Below, one piece after another: positions 50,401 to 57,843 of a DNA stretch of 64,000 bases; position 1 is the first letter of the stretch; every line of letters starts with the position of its first letter. The notes below the pieces were generated by a model, which worked only from the letters and a program-made list of their open reading frames with translations, was not told the origin of the DNA and made no database searches. This stretch comes from a virus, in the IMG/VR virus record IMGVR_UViG_3300017917_002593, positions 1 through 64,000 of that record; one strand, given 5' to 3'. Position numbers and translations under genes: made by a program.

Positions 50401-52779
50401 TACGATCAATTGTACAGAGTTAGAAAAGATTTTAATGTAATTGTTGATATCTTAACAACAGGCACAAGCGGAGTAACTGACAAGGTTGTAGCAAACAGCA
50501 TTGAACCTGTATCTAATGATGCAGTAAATGCCTACGAATTGCTAATTGCTAACAAACAATATCTACAAGAGCAAGTAATTGCCTATGTTGAAAGTACTAA
50601 GACTGCTGAGTTTGAATATGACATGTCTAAGTGCTATCGCGATGTTGGATATATTGTAGACAGTGTAGCATTTGACATCAAGTACGGTGGAAATAGGCAA
50701 GCTATTCAAAGCGGTGTTTACTATTACGGATTCTCTACATCTACTTCTGCTATTGCAGGAGAAATTGATCAAACAATTGCAGCATACACAAGATTAAAAG
50801 AAATTCTTCCAGCTATTGTAACCAATACTGCGATTGCTAAGAGTCCAAATAATACACTAACTCAGGTAACAAACTTAACAACTGCTACATCAGCAGAAGG
50901 TATTGAGTTAGAAAACATGGTTGATTTAATTACAGGTATTATCACAACGGGTCCGTCTGTTGCAGAAGTTCAACAACCTGTAAGTTTAACAGTATCTTCT
51001 TCAACATCTGTAACTGCTGCTGCCGAAATTTTAGTTGCAAACAGAAACTTTATTGTTGAAGAAGTTGTTAACTATATTAACTATGTACACTTAGTTGGTA
51101 CAGAGACAGAAGCACAGGCTATTAAAAATAATGTTAATTTAATTAATAACATTATTGAATATGGACCTGATGAAGTTTCTGTTAAGGAACCAATTGCATT
51201 AGCAAGAAGTACCGGTACTGCTGTAGTTAATGCTGCTAAACTATTGGCTGCAAACAGAGATTTTATTCGTGCAGAAACAATTGCCTTTATCAACAACACT
51301 TATAACACTGGCTTCTTATATGACAAGAGCAAGTGCCGTAGAGATACCGGCCTAATTGTTGATAGTCTTGCGTTTGATTTACTCTACAACGGACTAACAG
51401 AAAGTACATTTGCTGGTTTACAATATTGGAACCAAGATACTTATACAGGCACAATTAAAGGAGAAATTACAACTACAACTAATGCTATTAGATACCTAAA
51501 AGAATTAGTACAAGATGTAGTTTTAAATGTGCCAGTTGCTGCAACTACTGGAAATGTAACTTCTCAAGTTATTAACTTAACAACCAGTACAGCAGGTATT
51601 GCAGGTGTTCTTGCTGGTAATGTTGACCTAATGTTAGATATTTTAACAAATGGAACAGCAGGAGTAACAGATCGAATTATACCAAACGGTGTTCGTACAA
51701 CTGCAACTGATAGAGTTAGCGCATACGATCTATTGCAAGCAAACAAGACATTCTTACAAAACGAAGTTGTTGCAAGAATTGATCTTGACAATACTCAGTT
51801 TGAATATGATAGAGCAACTTGCAGACGAGACCTCGGTTATATCATTGACAGTTTAAGTTTTGATATAGTACACGGCGGTAACAAACAGAGTATCACTTCC
51901 GGAGTTTACTACTACGGATTTAATGCTAACGATACTGCTATTGATGACCAAATTCCTCAAACAACTGCGGCCTACAACTATATTAGAGAATTAGTTGATA
52001 GAATTATTAGAGGACAAGCTGTTCCGGTAACATATCAAAAGAAAGTTCCGCAAGTTATTACAACAAACGTCGGAACAACTTTAGAAGTTACCAGTGTAAG
52101 AACTTCAATTGATAATATTACAAATATTATTAATAATGGCCCGTCAGTAGCTCCTACAAAACAACCAATTAGTTTAACTGCAAGTACCAGCACAGATGTT
52201 GTTAATGCATTTAATTTATTGTTAGCAAATAGAGCATTTATACAAGCCGAAGTTATATCTTACATCGATACAGTCTTTACTGATGCTACTAACTACAACA
52301 AAGACAAGTGCTTCCGAGACATGGGCGCAATTGTTGATGCTGTAGGTTATGATTTAATTTACGGTGGAAACTATAACTCTGTCAATACTGGTAATGGTTA
52401 TTTCCTACGCAAAGGACAATACCACTTAGTAAGACTTGAACAAAACGTAACAGATCCTACACTGTTCATTGATGGAGCAACTGTAAGATTCTATCAACAG
52501 AGTTATATTTCTGCTTCTGGTTATCTGTTTGAATATGTAGGTGCTGGTACACAGTACGGTGCTCTACCTCAGGTTGGTACTGCTGACCCGCAACAGACCA
52601 AAGAAGTAGTTCAGTTAAATAATGGTAAAGTATTCTTTACAAGTACTGACCAGAATGGTGACTTCCGCATTGGTCCGACACTTGTTATCAGTCAAAGTAC
52701 TGGTATCTTAAGTGGACGAACATTCCAAAAGTCGCTGTATGCGGAAATGACTCCGTTTATCTTGGTAGTAGGAGCATAA
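44479..52779 (+). CDS. Giant virion fibre-like protein P2 (2766 aa), paralog of P1, with 12 phycobiliprotein-like repeats
   Basis: Same beta-helix segments and near-identical C-terminus as P1; 12 x CxRD repeats. Confidence 0.75.
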   Translation: MPRLLSNRKPVARPSELKENRWEYLNLQQAQPALGPAPEANTGFTLETDENGKVTYTNTLGKLAFDEQVISGTLPGVDIEIDSSINNGEIVLTPLQTARIAGNLSVQGDEIVDGNFTVRGIPEGTAPLVSNTLYVTPDGNDENDGTAMDRTRACRTISGAVRSPFYQPGTAIKVMAGTYFEDNPIPLKPYTSVVGNDLRTTFVEPLNKDLDLFHVNSGVYIAQMQMRNLRRGSVERYAPGGAGTYTTGAYCVAFPPNLENPIDVYYSPYIQNCTNQSGPWLKDGTMMVPNQTVQIPLAAGTSTWTAGVDQITVTLYTGTVVVGMAVNDAANEGYRNAQLLLKKNREFLQKQTVAYVEDAYPDLVYDQAKCYRDVGYIVDAVAGDARFGGNKRSIEAGLSYWRGNTSLIAGEQGETAAAINYLRDISLQVITNTTVTNIFNTLSNQVFDLALDGGSVVSTRATDSYNLITEILLNGETSAPDQPTPDLLGLIYPTGLSPNDVNVASTVTAVTQLTTNTYLVTLSTSTVSPSDNATIYFGYTTTYPYLDADVPPEWSTNLAEGYVDRRLDPIGSGGGALVDGNAPSLRSPIQSFVFDAFTQLNQGGIGIHIINNGYAQLVSVFTIMCSQAVIVENGGIASITNSNANFGDTCLTAKGLGKLAFQGFVVNPAFPTNVPNGEYYPLGYWPQKQVMEVFIPSDRDRPHIGQVMEVVPPDTYLNFEGERVPFINEAGYPGYLIATVNTNTISTGSFIINDVDVTGVSVGHTLYVRDVLGNEVHPETGIPYVTTGTQVVDVNYRQIVLDRPILAGYTDALNPSYFNLYFCGNAYYTVLSSNIDPTLASTVTTEVTLVAGQETTTSLAVSYAKNLALRVIQNTPINGFVYNQAKCKRDTGLIVDALAVDLLHPTSELSQSNFAGLQYWNQENYVGTIANEITTTTNAVQFVKELAMEIVQGITTGTRYQSTVTQNIGLPLASSVEAAIISNDFDVIIDILVDGVAGVTDKIIPNGEQTSDENTARAYSLLTANKAYIQAEAVAFVEYTKTPGFTYDSAKCYRDVGYMVDSVAFDLLHPNGSVPSNRQAIQSGVYYYGYISTSTSIVGEIVQTTAAYNYIKDLVPYIVKGITTSTYQTYIDQVTDLTPGTDAEVNEIQSYIDHITNVINVGPAAARVKVPVSLTQSTDPNVYNAYRMLNANRAFIQESVIAYINKTYDSGTYQSVYPQVFDQTLTGGVDAVQSLGEKFDIISGIIINGADSSPEIIRPRQYVDSNQNILNAKKLLEKNRLFIQAETVAFVDSIWPSKFSYDPAKCSRDTGLIVDALAQDLLFNGTSQSTFAGIQYWNQGLTVIPGEQTTTTNAVKYLKSVAQDVILNKQQRYKYQSTVTQVVSTITSSTTATSLSLGTKFDTIINILETGTDGITDKIVPNSLDQSTSSAVLAAYNLLQANKEYLQHETVAWVEANANFNYDQVKCARDTGLIVDSIAFDILYPTATDSQSNFAGLQYWNQSNYVGTIANEITTTTNAITHISSIAQKIVVGDTSGTRYQNTVTQTTSTATGIVGDAVVVGTNFGVILNILSTGTAGVTDIIVPNGRRSITTSTVNAYNLLVANRSYLVAEAIAFVEDTKTAGFNYDQTKCARDVGYMVDSVAFDLLHGGNKQSVQSGVLYYGYDSTSTSIPNEIPQTTAAYNRIREILPRILSGVEISPSQGNTTKQITYMLPVNNATILSAQAKVDKITRIINNGPSAASELTPISLTPSSDANADRAYDLLVANRDFIKDEIIAYINSTFTGFVYDKAKCFRDVGYMVDSVSFDILYGGNRQSIQSGVYYYGYQEDSSAIAGEIPQTTEAYNFIEKIVGDIVTGTLITNPQQASVPQVTNLSFTYNQNKCSRDTGILVDSFITDLLFNENGYTQSNFSGLQYWNQNGYTGSIASEITTTTNAVRYLRSLAEQIVINGTSTATVVRYSTTASQVTNLTTATYDQLYRVRKDFNVIVDILTTGTSGVTDKVVANSIEPVSNDAVNAYELLIANKQYLQEQVIAYVESTKTAEFEYDMSKCYRDVGYIVDSVAFDIKYGGNRQAIQSGVYYYGFSTSTSAIAGEIDQTIAAYTRLKEILPAIVTNTAIAKSPNNTLTQVTNLTTATSAEGIELENMVDLITGIITTGPSVAEVQQPVSLTVSSSTSVTAAAEILVANRNFIVEEVVNYINYVHLVGTETEAQAIKNNVNLINNIIEYGPDEVSVKEPIALARSTGTAVVNAAKLLAANRDFIRAETIAFINNTYNTGFLYDKSKCRRDTGLIVDSLAFDLLYNGLTESTFAGLQYWNQDTYTGTIKGEITTTTNAIRYLKELVQDVVLNVPVAATTGNVTSQVINLTTSTAGIAGVLAGNVDLMLDILTNGTAGVTDRIIPNGVRTTATDRVSAYDLLQANKTFLQNEVVARIDLDNTQFEYDRATCRRDLGYIIDSLSFDIVHGGNKQSITSGVYYYGFNANDTAIDDQIPQTTAAYNYIRELVDRIIRGQAVPVTYQKKVPQVITTNVGTTLEVTSVRTSIDNITNIINNGPSVAPTKQPISLTASTSTDVVNAFNLLLANRAFIQAEVISYIDTVFTDATNYNKDKCFRDMGAIVDAVGYDLIYGGNYNSVNTGNGYFLRKGQYHLVRLEQNVTDPTLFIDGATVRFYQQSYISASGYLFEYVGAGTQYGALPQVGTADPQQTKEVVQLNNGKVFFTSTDQNGDFRIGPTLVISQSTGILSGRTFQKSLYAEMTPFILVVGA

Positions 52780-52780
52780 C

Positions 52781-54529
52781 GTGGCAATATTATTAAGCGG
52801 AAAAACAAGAAACCCAACAGCACCGAGCGGTTATATTAGTTTAGGTCAGACTCAGGCAGCTCTGGGTAATACTCCGTCTACTGCAACTGGTTATACTCTT
52901 ATAACAGCAAACTCGCAAACTACATATGCTTCAACATTAGGAAAAGTTGAGTTTACATTTACCAACACTGCTAACTTTATAACAAGTACTATTCCGAATG
53001 GCAATGTCATTTATCAACCTAACGGAACAGGAACACTGTATCTATATGGCAATGTTGTAATCCCCAGCTTAGATGCACAAACGGCATTTAAAGGACCAGT
53101 TAAAGCTGCTACAACTGCTAACATTGATTTAATCGGTGGTGCTCCTATAGAAGTTGACGGATATAGTCTCGTATTAAACGATCGAGTATTAGTTCGAGCA
53201 CAGACAAATACAGCAACTAACGGTATCTATGTTGTTAGTTTCTTAGGAAACGGTACTAACGGAACATGGGCAAGATCTGCGGATACCAATACTGCTGAAG
53301 AAATGGCTGCTGCTATTGTTAGTGTTGTTAACGGGGATACACTATCTGGAAGATATTTCTATAACGACTTTAAAAACACCGATACATTAGAAACCGATCC
53401 TGTCAATTGGTACCAACTAATTGCAGATACTAAACCAAATCAAGATCTTTTTAATAAGTTAATAGATGCAACTGATATCGGTACACGTATTCCAGGCCGT
53501 GGTTTCTTTACAGAAATTCAAAGTACAGGAAGTTTTGTTGCCGATAAGCTGCGTCTAACCAGTACTGAAACTTCTACAAGTACACAGAGCGGTGCATTGG
53601 TAGTTGCAGGCGGTGTTGGTATTGGTGGAAATATGAATATCGAAGGTCCTGTAAGGATCTATGATTTAACTTCTGCAACCAGTACATTCTCCGGAGCATT
53701 AATTGTACAAGGCGGAGCCGGATTTAACGGCGATATCTACGCACAAAGATATTTTGCAGAAGGCGAACCACTTGATAATTTATTTTGGAACGGCGGAGAA
53801 ATATCGGCACCGTTAAGAATTAGAAACCCTGCACAAGCTACAAACACTTATTCAGGCGCACTTCAAGTATGGGGCGGAGCTGGAATTGGCGGCGATTTGT
53901 ATGTAGGTAAGAGCATAACACTCGAAACTCCTATCGAAACAGAAAGTGTTTACTTCAGAATGCGTAACACTGCTACTAACGGACAGAGTTATACATGGAG
54001 AGTAGGCGGAAACAACTATGCAGGACAGAACGGCACCAACTTAAACGAAGGTGGCTTATCGTTATATAACGATACTCAAAACGTTTATCGCCTTGCAATT
54101 ACAAAAACAACTGGTAATTTGCTTGTTGGCCCACAAACAGACAACGGCGTCGACAAGCTACAAGTATCCGGAAGTGTTCGTTTTGGGGATGGTCAACTGT
54201 TTACACGCAGTACCAGCATAAATAACACAAGTACTACGGTAATTGACAGTTTTCCTGCTGCAAATTATAGGACTGCGAAGCTTTTAATTCAAATAGCTGA
54301 CGGGGTAGGAGCAAGTGCAAAATTCCATGTAGTAGAAATAGTTGTATTAGTAGACAACAGCGGTAACGTTTATAAGTCTGAATACGGTATTATTACTACA
54401 GGAGGTGCCATAGGGGAGTTTGATGTGGATTATAACATAGGAGGCAATGGTCTAGTAAGATTATTATTCACGGCAGACGCTGCGTCAGCAAAACAAGTTA
54501 AGGTCGTAAGAACCAGCATCAGTAGGTAA
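52781..54529 (+). CDS. Fibre protein P3
   Basis: GTG start; VKAATTANI...RVLVRAQT...NGIYVV...WARSAD domain; STST.SGAL.V.GG.GIG repeats. Confidence 0.7.
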   Translation: MAILLSGKTRNPTAPSGYISLGQTQAALGNTPSTATGYTLITANSQTTYASTLGKVEFTFTNTANFITSTIPNGNVIYQPNGTGTLYLYGNVVIPSLDAQTAFKGPVKAATTANIDLIGGAPIEVDGYSLVLNDRVLVRAQTNTATNGIYVVSFLGNGTNGTWARSADTNTAEEMAAAIVSVVNGDTLSGRYFYNDFKNTDTLETDPVNWYQLIADTKPNQDLFNKLIDATDIGTRIPGRGFFTEIQSTGSFVADKLRLTSTETSTSTQSGALVVAGGVGIGGNMNIEGPVRIYDLTSATSTFSGALIVQGGAGFNGDIYAQRYFAEGEPLDNLFWNGGEISAPLRIRNPAQATNTYSGALQVWGGAGIGGDLYVGKSITLETPIETESVYFRMRNTATNGQSYTWRVGGNNYAGQNGTNLNEGGLSLYNDTQNVYRLAITKTTGNLLVGPQTDNGVDKLQVSGSVRFGDGQLFTRSTSINNTSTTVIDSFPAANYRTAKLLIQIADGVGASAKFHVVEIVVLVDNSGNVYKSEYGIITTGGAIGEFDVDYNIGGNGLVRLLFTADAASAKQVKVVRTSISR

Positions 54530-54543
54530 AAAAGGAACAACAG

Positions 54544-57500
54544 ATGGCACAAATAAAAGATTTCGTCGTCAAACAAGGCTTAGTTGCAGAAGGTAATGCA
54601 CAATCTCTATCAACCACAACTGGTGCTTTGATTGTAGGCGGCGGCGCTGGTTTAGGCGGAAACCTAAGTGTTGGCGGATCTATCAAACGATATGGAAATG
54701 TAGATCAAGGTAGAGAGCACGCACTTGGTGCTCAATTATCTTTACGTGATGCAACATTTACAGACGAATTAGTTAGCGGACGCACAGGATGGGGCGTTGT
54801 AAACTATTTTGGTCAAGCAACATTAGACACAATTAGTGAATCAGCAACTTATACAAACGCTGCAAGTTTGTTTATTAAAGGTGCCCCACAAGCTGGTACA
54901 AACTTAACAATTGAAAAAGCCTGGTCAATCTACATTACTTCAGGTACTGTATTCATTGGCGAGACTCAGGGTAATACATCAACTACATCGAGCCAATCCT
55001 TACAAGTTGCAGGCGGAATTAGTTTCAATAACGGATTAGTTGGTTACGGTGGCGGTAACTTATATGGTCCTTTCGATCTTAACGGAAGTCCGATTGTTAC
55101 TAAAGCTACACAAAACGTAGGTTTGGCAGAATTCCCAGACGGAATTCGAATTACAACTTCAACTCAATCTGTTAGCACAAACACCGGAGCGTTAATTGTT
55201 GATCGTAACGGCGGCGCAGGTATCGGTGGCAATTTATATGTCGGCGGCAGATTTGTTGGAGAAACAACTGGTACATTTTTAAGCACGGTAAACGCTGTTT
55301 CTACATCAACCGGTGCTTTAACAATTAAAGGCGGTCTGGGTGTAGGCGCAGACTTATATGCCGAGAACGGATTCTTTGTATCCGGACAAGCCAGCACAAC
55401 TACTGTAGGCGGAAACAGCTTACAGGTAACAAATAATGGCGGTCTTGGAGTAACTGGCTCTGCAAGATTTGAAAGTCAAGTTTGGATTACAAGTCTATCC
55501 GACAGCACAGGCCCCGGAACAGGTGCATTAATTGTTCAAGGTGGTGCAGTAGTCGAAAGAAATTTAGCCGCCGACACTGCTAAAATTCTAAGTGAAACTG
55601 CTGCAAGTTCAACAGATACTGCGGCATTTACTGTAGTAGGCGGTGTTGGAATTGGCAAGAATTTAATTATTGGAGACGCTGGTAGTTCAACTGGCACTAC
55701 ATTAACTAACGCTTTAGTTGTTGCAGGTGGCGGATATTTCGGCGGCTCTTTAACTGTCGACGGTTCTACTGTAATTAAAGGTGATCTGTATCTGTTAGGT
55801 ACTGGTACACAAGTTACAATCAATAGTACAAACACTTATGTAGTTGACCCAGTTATTGAAATTGGTGGCGGCGTAGACGGTGCAATGTTAACATTGCCTG
55901 ATGTCTATGACAAAGGTTTATTAATTCACTATCAAAATGCTGTAAGTACTGCTACTGATTTCCGTGCATTCGTTGGTTTAGAAAATACCACTGAAAGATT
56001 TATCTTCAAGCAGAATATTTTACCAGGCGTGGGCGGCAACGATCCGTTCGGTGACTATTATAATAGCGGAACTTGGAGCACATTAGAAGCTGGTAGTTTA
56101 ATTCTACGCAATACTACACCTGCAACTGATGAAAATACTGGAGCATTGATTGTTGCAGGCGGTTTAGGTGTAAGTGGAAACAGTGTATTTGCAAGTAATA
56201 CAGTTACATTTATCAGTGAAGCATTCTCCATAACTAATATTGTAAACAATGCTATTCAAGTTCCTAACGGCGGCATTGGTTCAAAATACCTATATATTGA
56301 AGAAACTGGTTACATTGGTAACGCAAGAATTCTTACTACCGGTACTGTTAACGAAAACATTGGCGGTATTTTTACACTAACATTTAGTTTTGTTAACTTA
56401 ACAGAGTCTAACAGTACAGATACAGGCGCAGTTACTGTTGCAGGTGGTGTTGGTATTGGCGGCAATTTAAATGTTGGCGGCAATCAAACGCTGGGCGGAA
56501 CACTACGAATCTTAAATGATACGCAGTCTAACAGCACTGACACTGGCGCATTAACTGTTGTTGGCGGAGTTGGCATTGGTAAAAATGTTAATATCGGTGG
56601 TCAGACAAGGATATACGATACATCTGCAAGCACATCAACTACTACTGGTGCATTAATTGTCGGTGGTGGTGCTGGAATTGCTGGTGATTTAGTAGTCGGA
56701 GGATTAGTAACTGTTGTTAATACTCTAACAGTAGAAACATTAAAAGTTACAAGCGATCTTGATAGTACTGCAACTAACAATGGTGCTGTAGTTATTACTG
56801 GCGGCTTAGGCGTTGGTAAGACTATAAATGCCAATGCAATTAATATTCAAGTTGCAACTATTAATAGTGGATCAAATGCTATTTCCACAACATCAGGCGA
56901 CTTAGTTGTAGCCGGTGGTGTTGGCATTGGTAAAGATGTATTCATTGGCGATCATTTAAGCGTTCAAAGTACTGAAACTTCTACAACAACTAATACTGGT
57001 GCTGTAACTGTTGCTGGCGGCGTTGGCGTAACCAAAGATGTAGTTATCGGTGGAACAATTACAAGAACTGGTCAGGTAACTAAAGACATAATTAATTCTT
57101 TAGGTGCTGGTTTAGTTTTAAGTTCGTCTACTTACGTTGATAACTTAACTACTGGCAGTCCGACTGATTTAGCTATCCACAGTATTGGTCGTCCTACTAT
57201 TCAAGGCGTGTTAAATCCAACTTGGACTAACGCTGCTACTTTATATATCGACGACGAACCGCTATTTACAGGCGGCGCAGATGCTACTAACAAGTGGGCA
57301 ATTAATGTCAAGAACGGCAAAGTACGTATCGGATCTGCTGCTACAAACTTAGGAACAACCAGTTCTGGTGCATTGCAGGTAGCTGGCGGTGTCGGAGTAG
57401 GCGGTAACTTAACTGCTGGTGGCCAGATTAAAGGAACTACATTCAAAGTTGCTGACAACATGATCAGCAGTGCTGTAGTTACTGGCAAAAATGACACGAA

Positions 57501-57798
57501 CCCAGTAACAATTGACACGTATGTTGGTAATGAATTTACTACTGCAAAATATTTGGTTCAAGCAGTTGACTTAGGTACACCTAATAAGTTCCATGTTGTT
57601 GAACTAATGGTAACTTACGACGGTGCAGGTTCCACAAACGGCGTTTACATTAGTCAATACGGAATTATAACCAATACAGGTGAGTTGGGAACTTTTGATG
57701 TTAGCTACAATGCAGGTAATATCAATGTTATCTTTACTCCAAATTATACACCAATTAGTATGAACATTAGAGCTTTACGTATAGCTATAATGACATAA
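54544..57798 (+). CDS. Fibre protein P4 with many STxTGALxVxGGxGIG shaft repeats
   Basis: More than 10 repeat copies; C-terminal domain homologous to that of P3. Confidence 0.75.
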   Translation: MAQIKDFVVKQGLVAEGNAQSLSTTTGALIVGGGAGLGGNLSVGGSIKRYGNVDQGREHALGAQLSLRDATFTDELVSGRTGWGVVNYFGQATLDTISESATYTNAASLFIKGAPQAGTNLTIEKAWSIYITSGTVFIGETQGNTSTTSSQSLQVAGGISFNNGLVGYGGGNLYGPFDLNGSPIVTKATQNVGLAEFPDGIRITTSTQSVSTNTGALIVDRNGGAGIGGNLYVGGRFVGETTGTFLSTVNAVSTSTGALTIKGGLGVGADLYAENGFFVSGQASTTTVGGNSLQVTNNGGLGVTGSARFESQVWITSLSDSTGPGTGALIVQGGAVVERNLAADTAKILSETAASSTDTAAFTVVGGVGIGKNLIIGDAGSSTGTTLTNALVVAGGGYFGGSLTVDGSTVIKGDLYLLGTGTQVTINSTNTYVVDPVIEIGGGVDGAMLTLPDVYDKGLLIHYQNAVSTATDFRAFVGLENTTERFIFKQNILPGVGGNDPFGDYYNSGTWSTLEAGSLILRNTTPATDENTGALIVAGGLGVSGNSVFASNTVTFISEAFSITNIVNNAIQVPNGGIGSKYLYIEETGYIGNARILTTGTVNENIGGIFTLTFSFVNLTESNSTDTGAVTVAGGVGIGGNLNVGGNQTLGGTLRILNDTQSNSTDTGALTVVGGVGIGKNVNIGGQTRIYDTSASTSTTTGALIVGGGAGIAGDLVVGGLVTVVNTLTVETLKVTSDLDSTATNNGAVVITGGLGVGKTINANAINIQVATINSGSNAISTTSGDLVVAGGVGIGKDVFIGDHLSVQSTETSTTTNTGAVTVAGGVGVTKDVVIGGTITRTGQVTKDIINSLGAGLVLSSSTYVDNLTTGSPTDLAIHSIGRPTIQGVLNPTWTNAATLYIDDEPLFTGGADATNKWAINVKNGKVRIGSAATNLGTTSSGALQVAGGVGVGGNLTAGGQIKGTTFKVADNMISSAVVTGKNDTNPVTIDTYVGNEFTTAKYLVQAVDLGTPNKFHVVELMVTYDGAGSTNGVYISQYGIITNTGELGTFDVSYNAGNINVIFTPNYTPISMNIRALRIAIMT

Positions 57799-57804
57799 TA
57801 AATA
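57799..57804 (+). promoter_or_regulatory. Late promoter core TAAATA upstream of P5
   Basis: Intergenic ATAAATA directly after the P4 stop. Confidence 0.5.
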
Positions 57805-57843
57805 TACAAAATTTACAAGCCGTCAAGTGGAAAGGGAAACTGA

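Noticed and set aside
38900-52420. Calling the phage a cyanophage because of the phycobiliprotein-like repeats
   Set aside because: No photosynthesis or other host-diagnostic genes are in the window; the host cannot be inferred.
43890-52622. Internal TTAAATA in the P1 and P2 C-terminal coding regions as late promoters
   Set aside because: Explained by conserved Leu-Asn-Asn codons; TAAATA is expected often by chance in AT-rich DNA.
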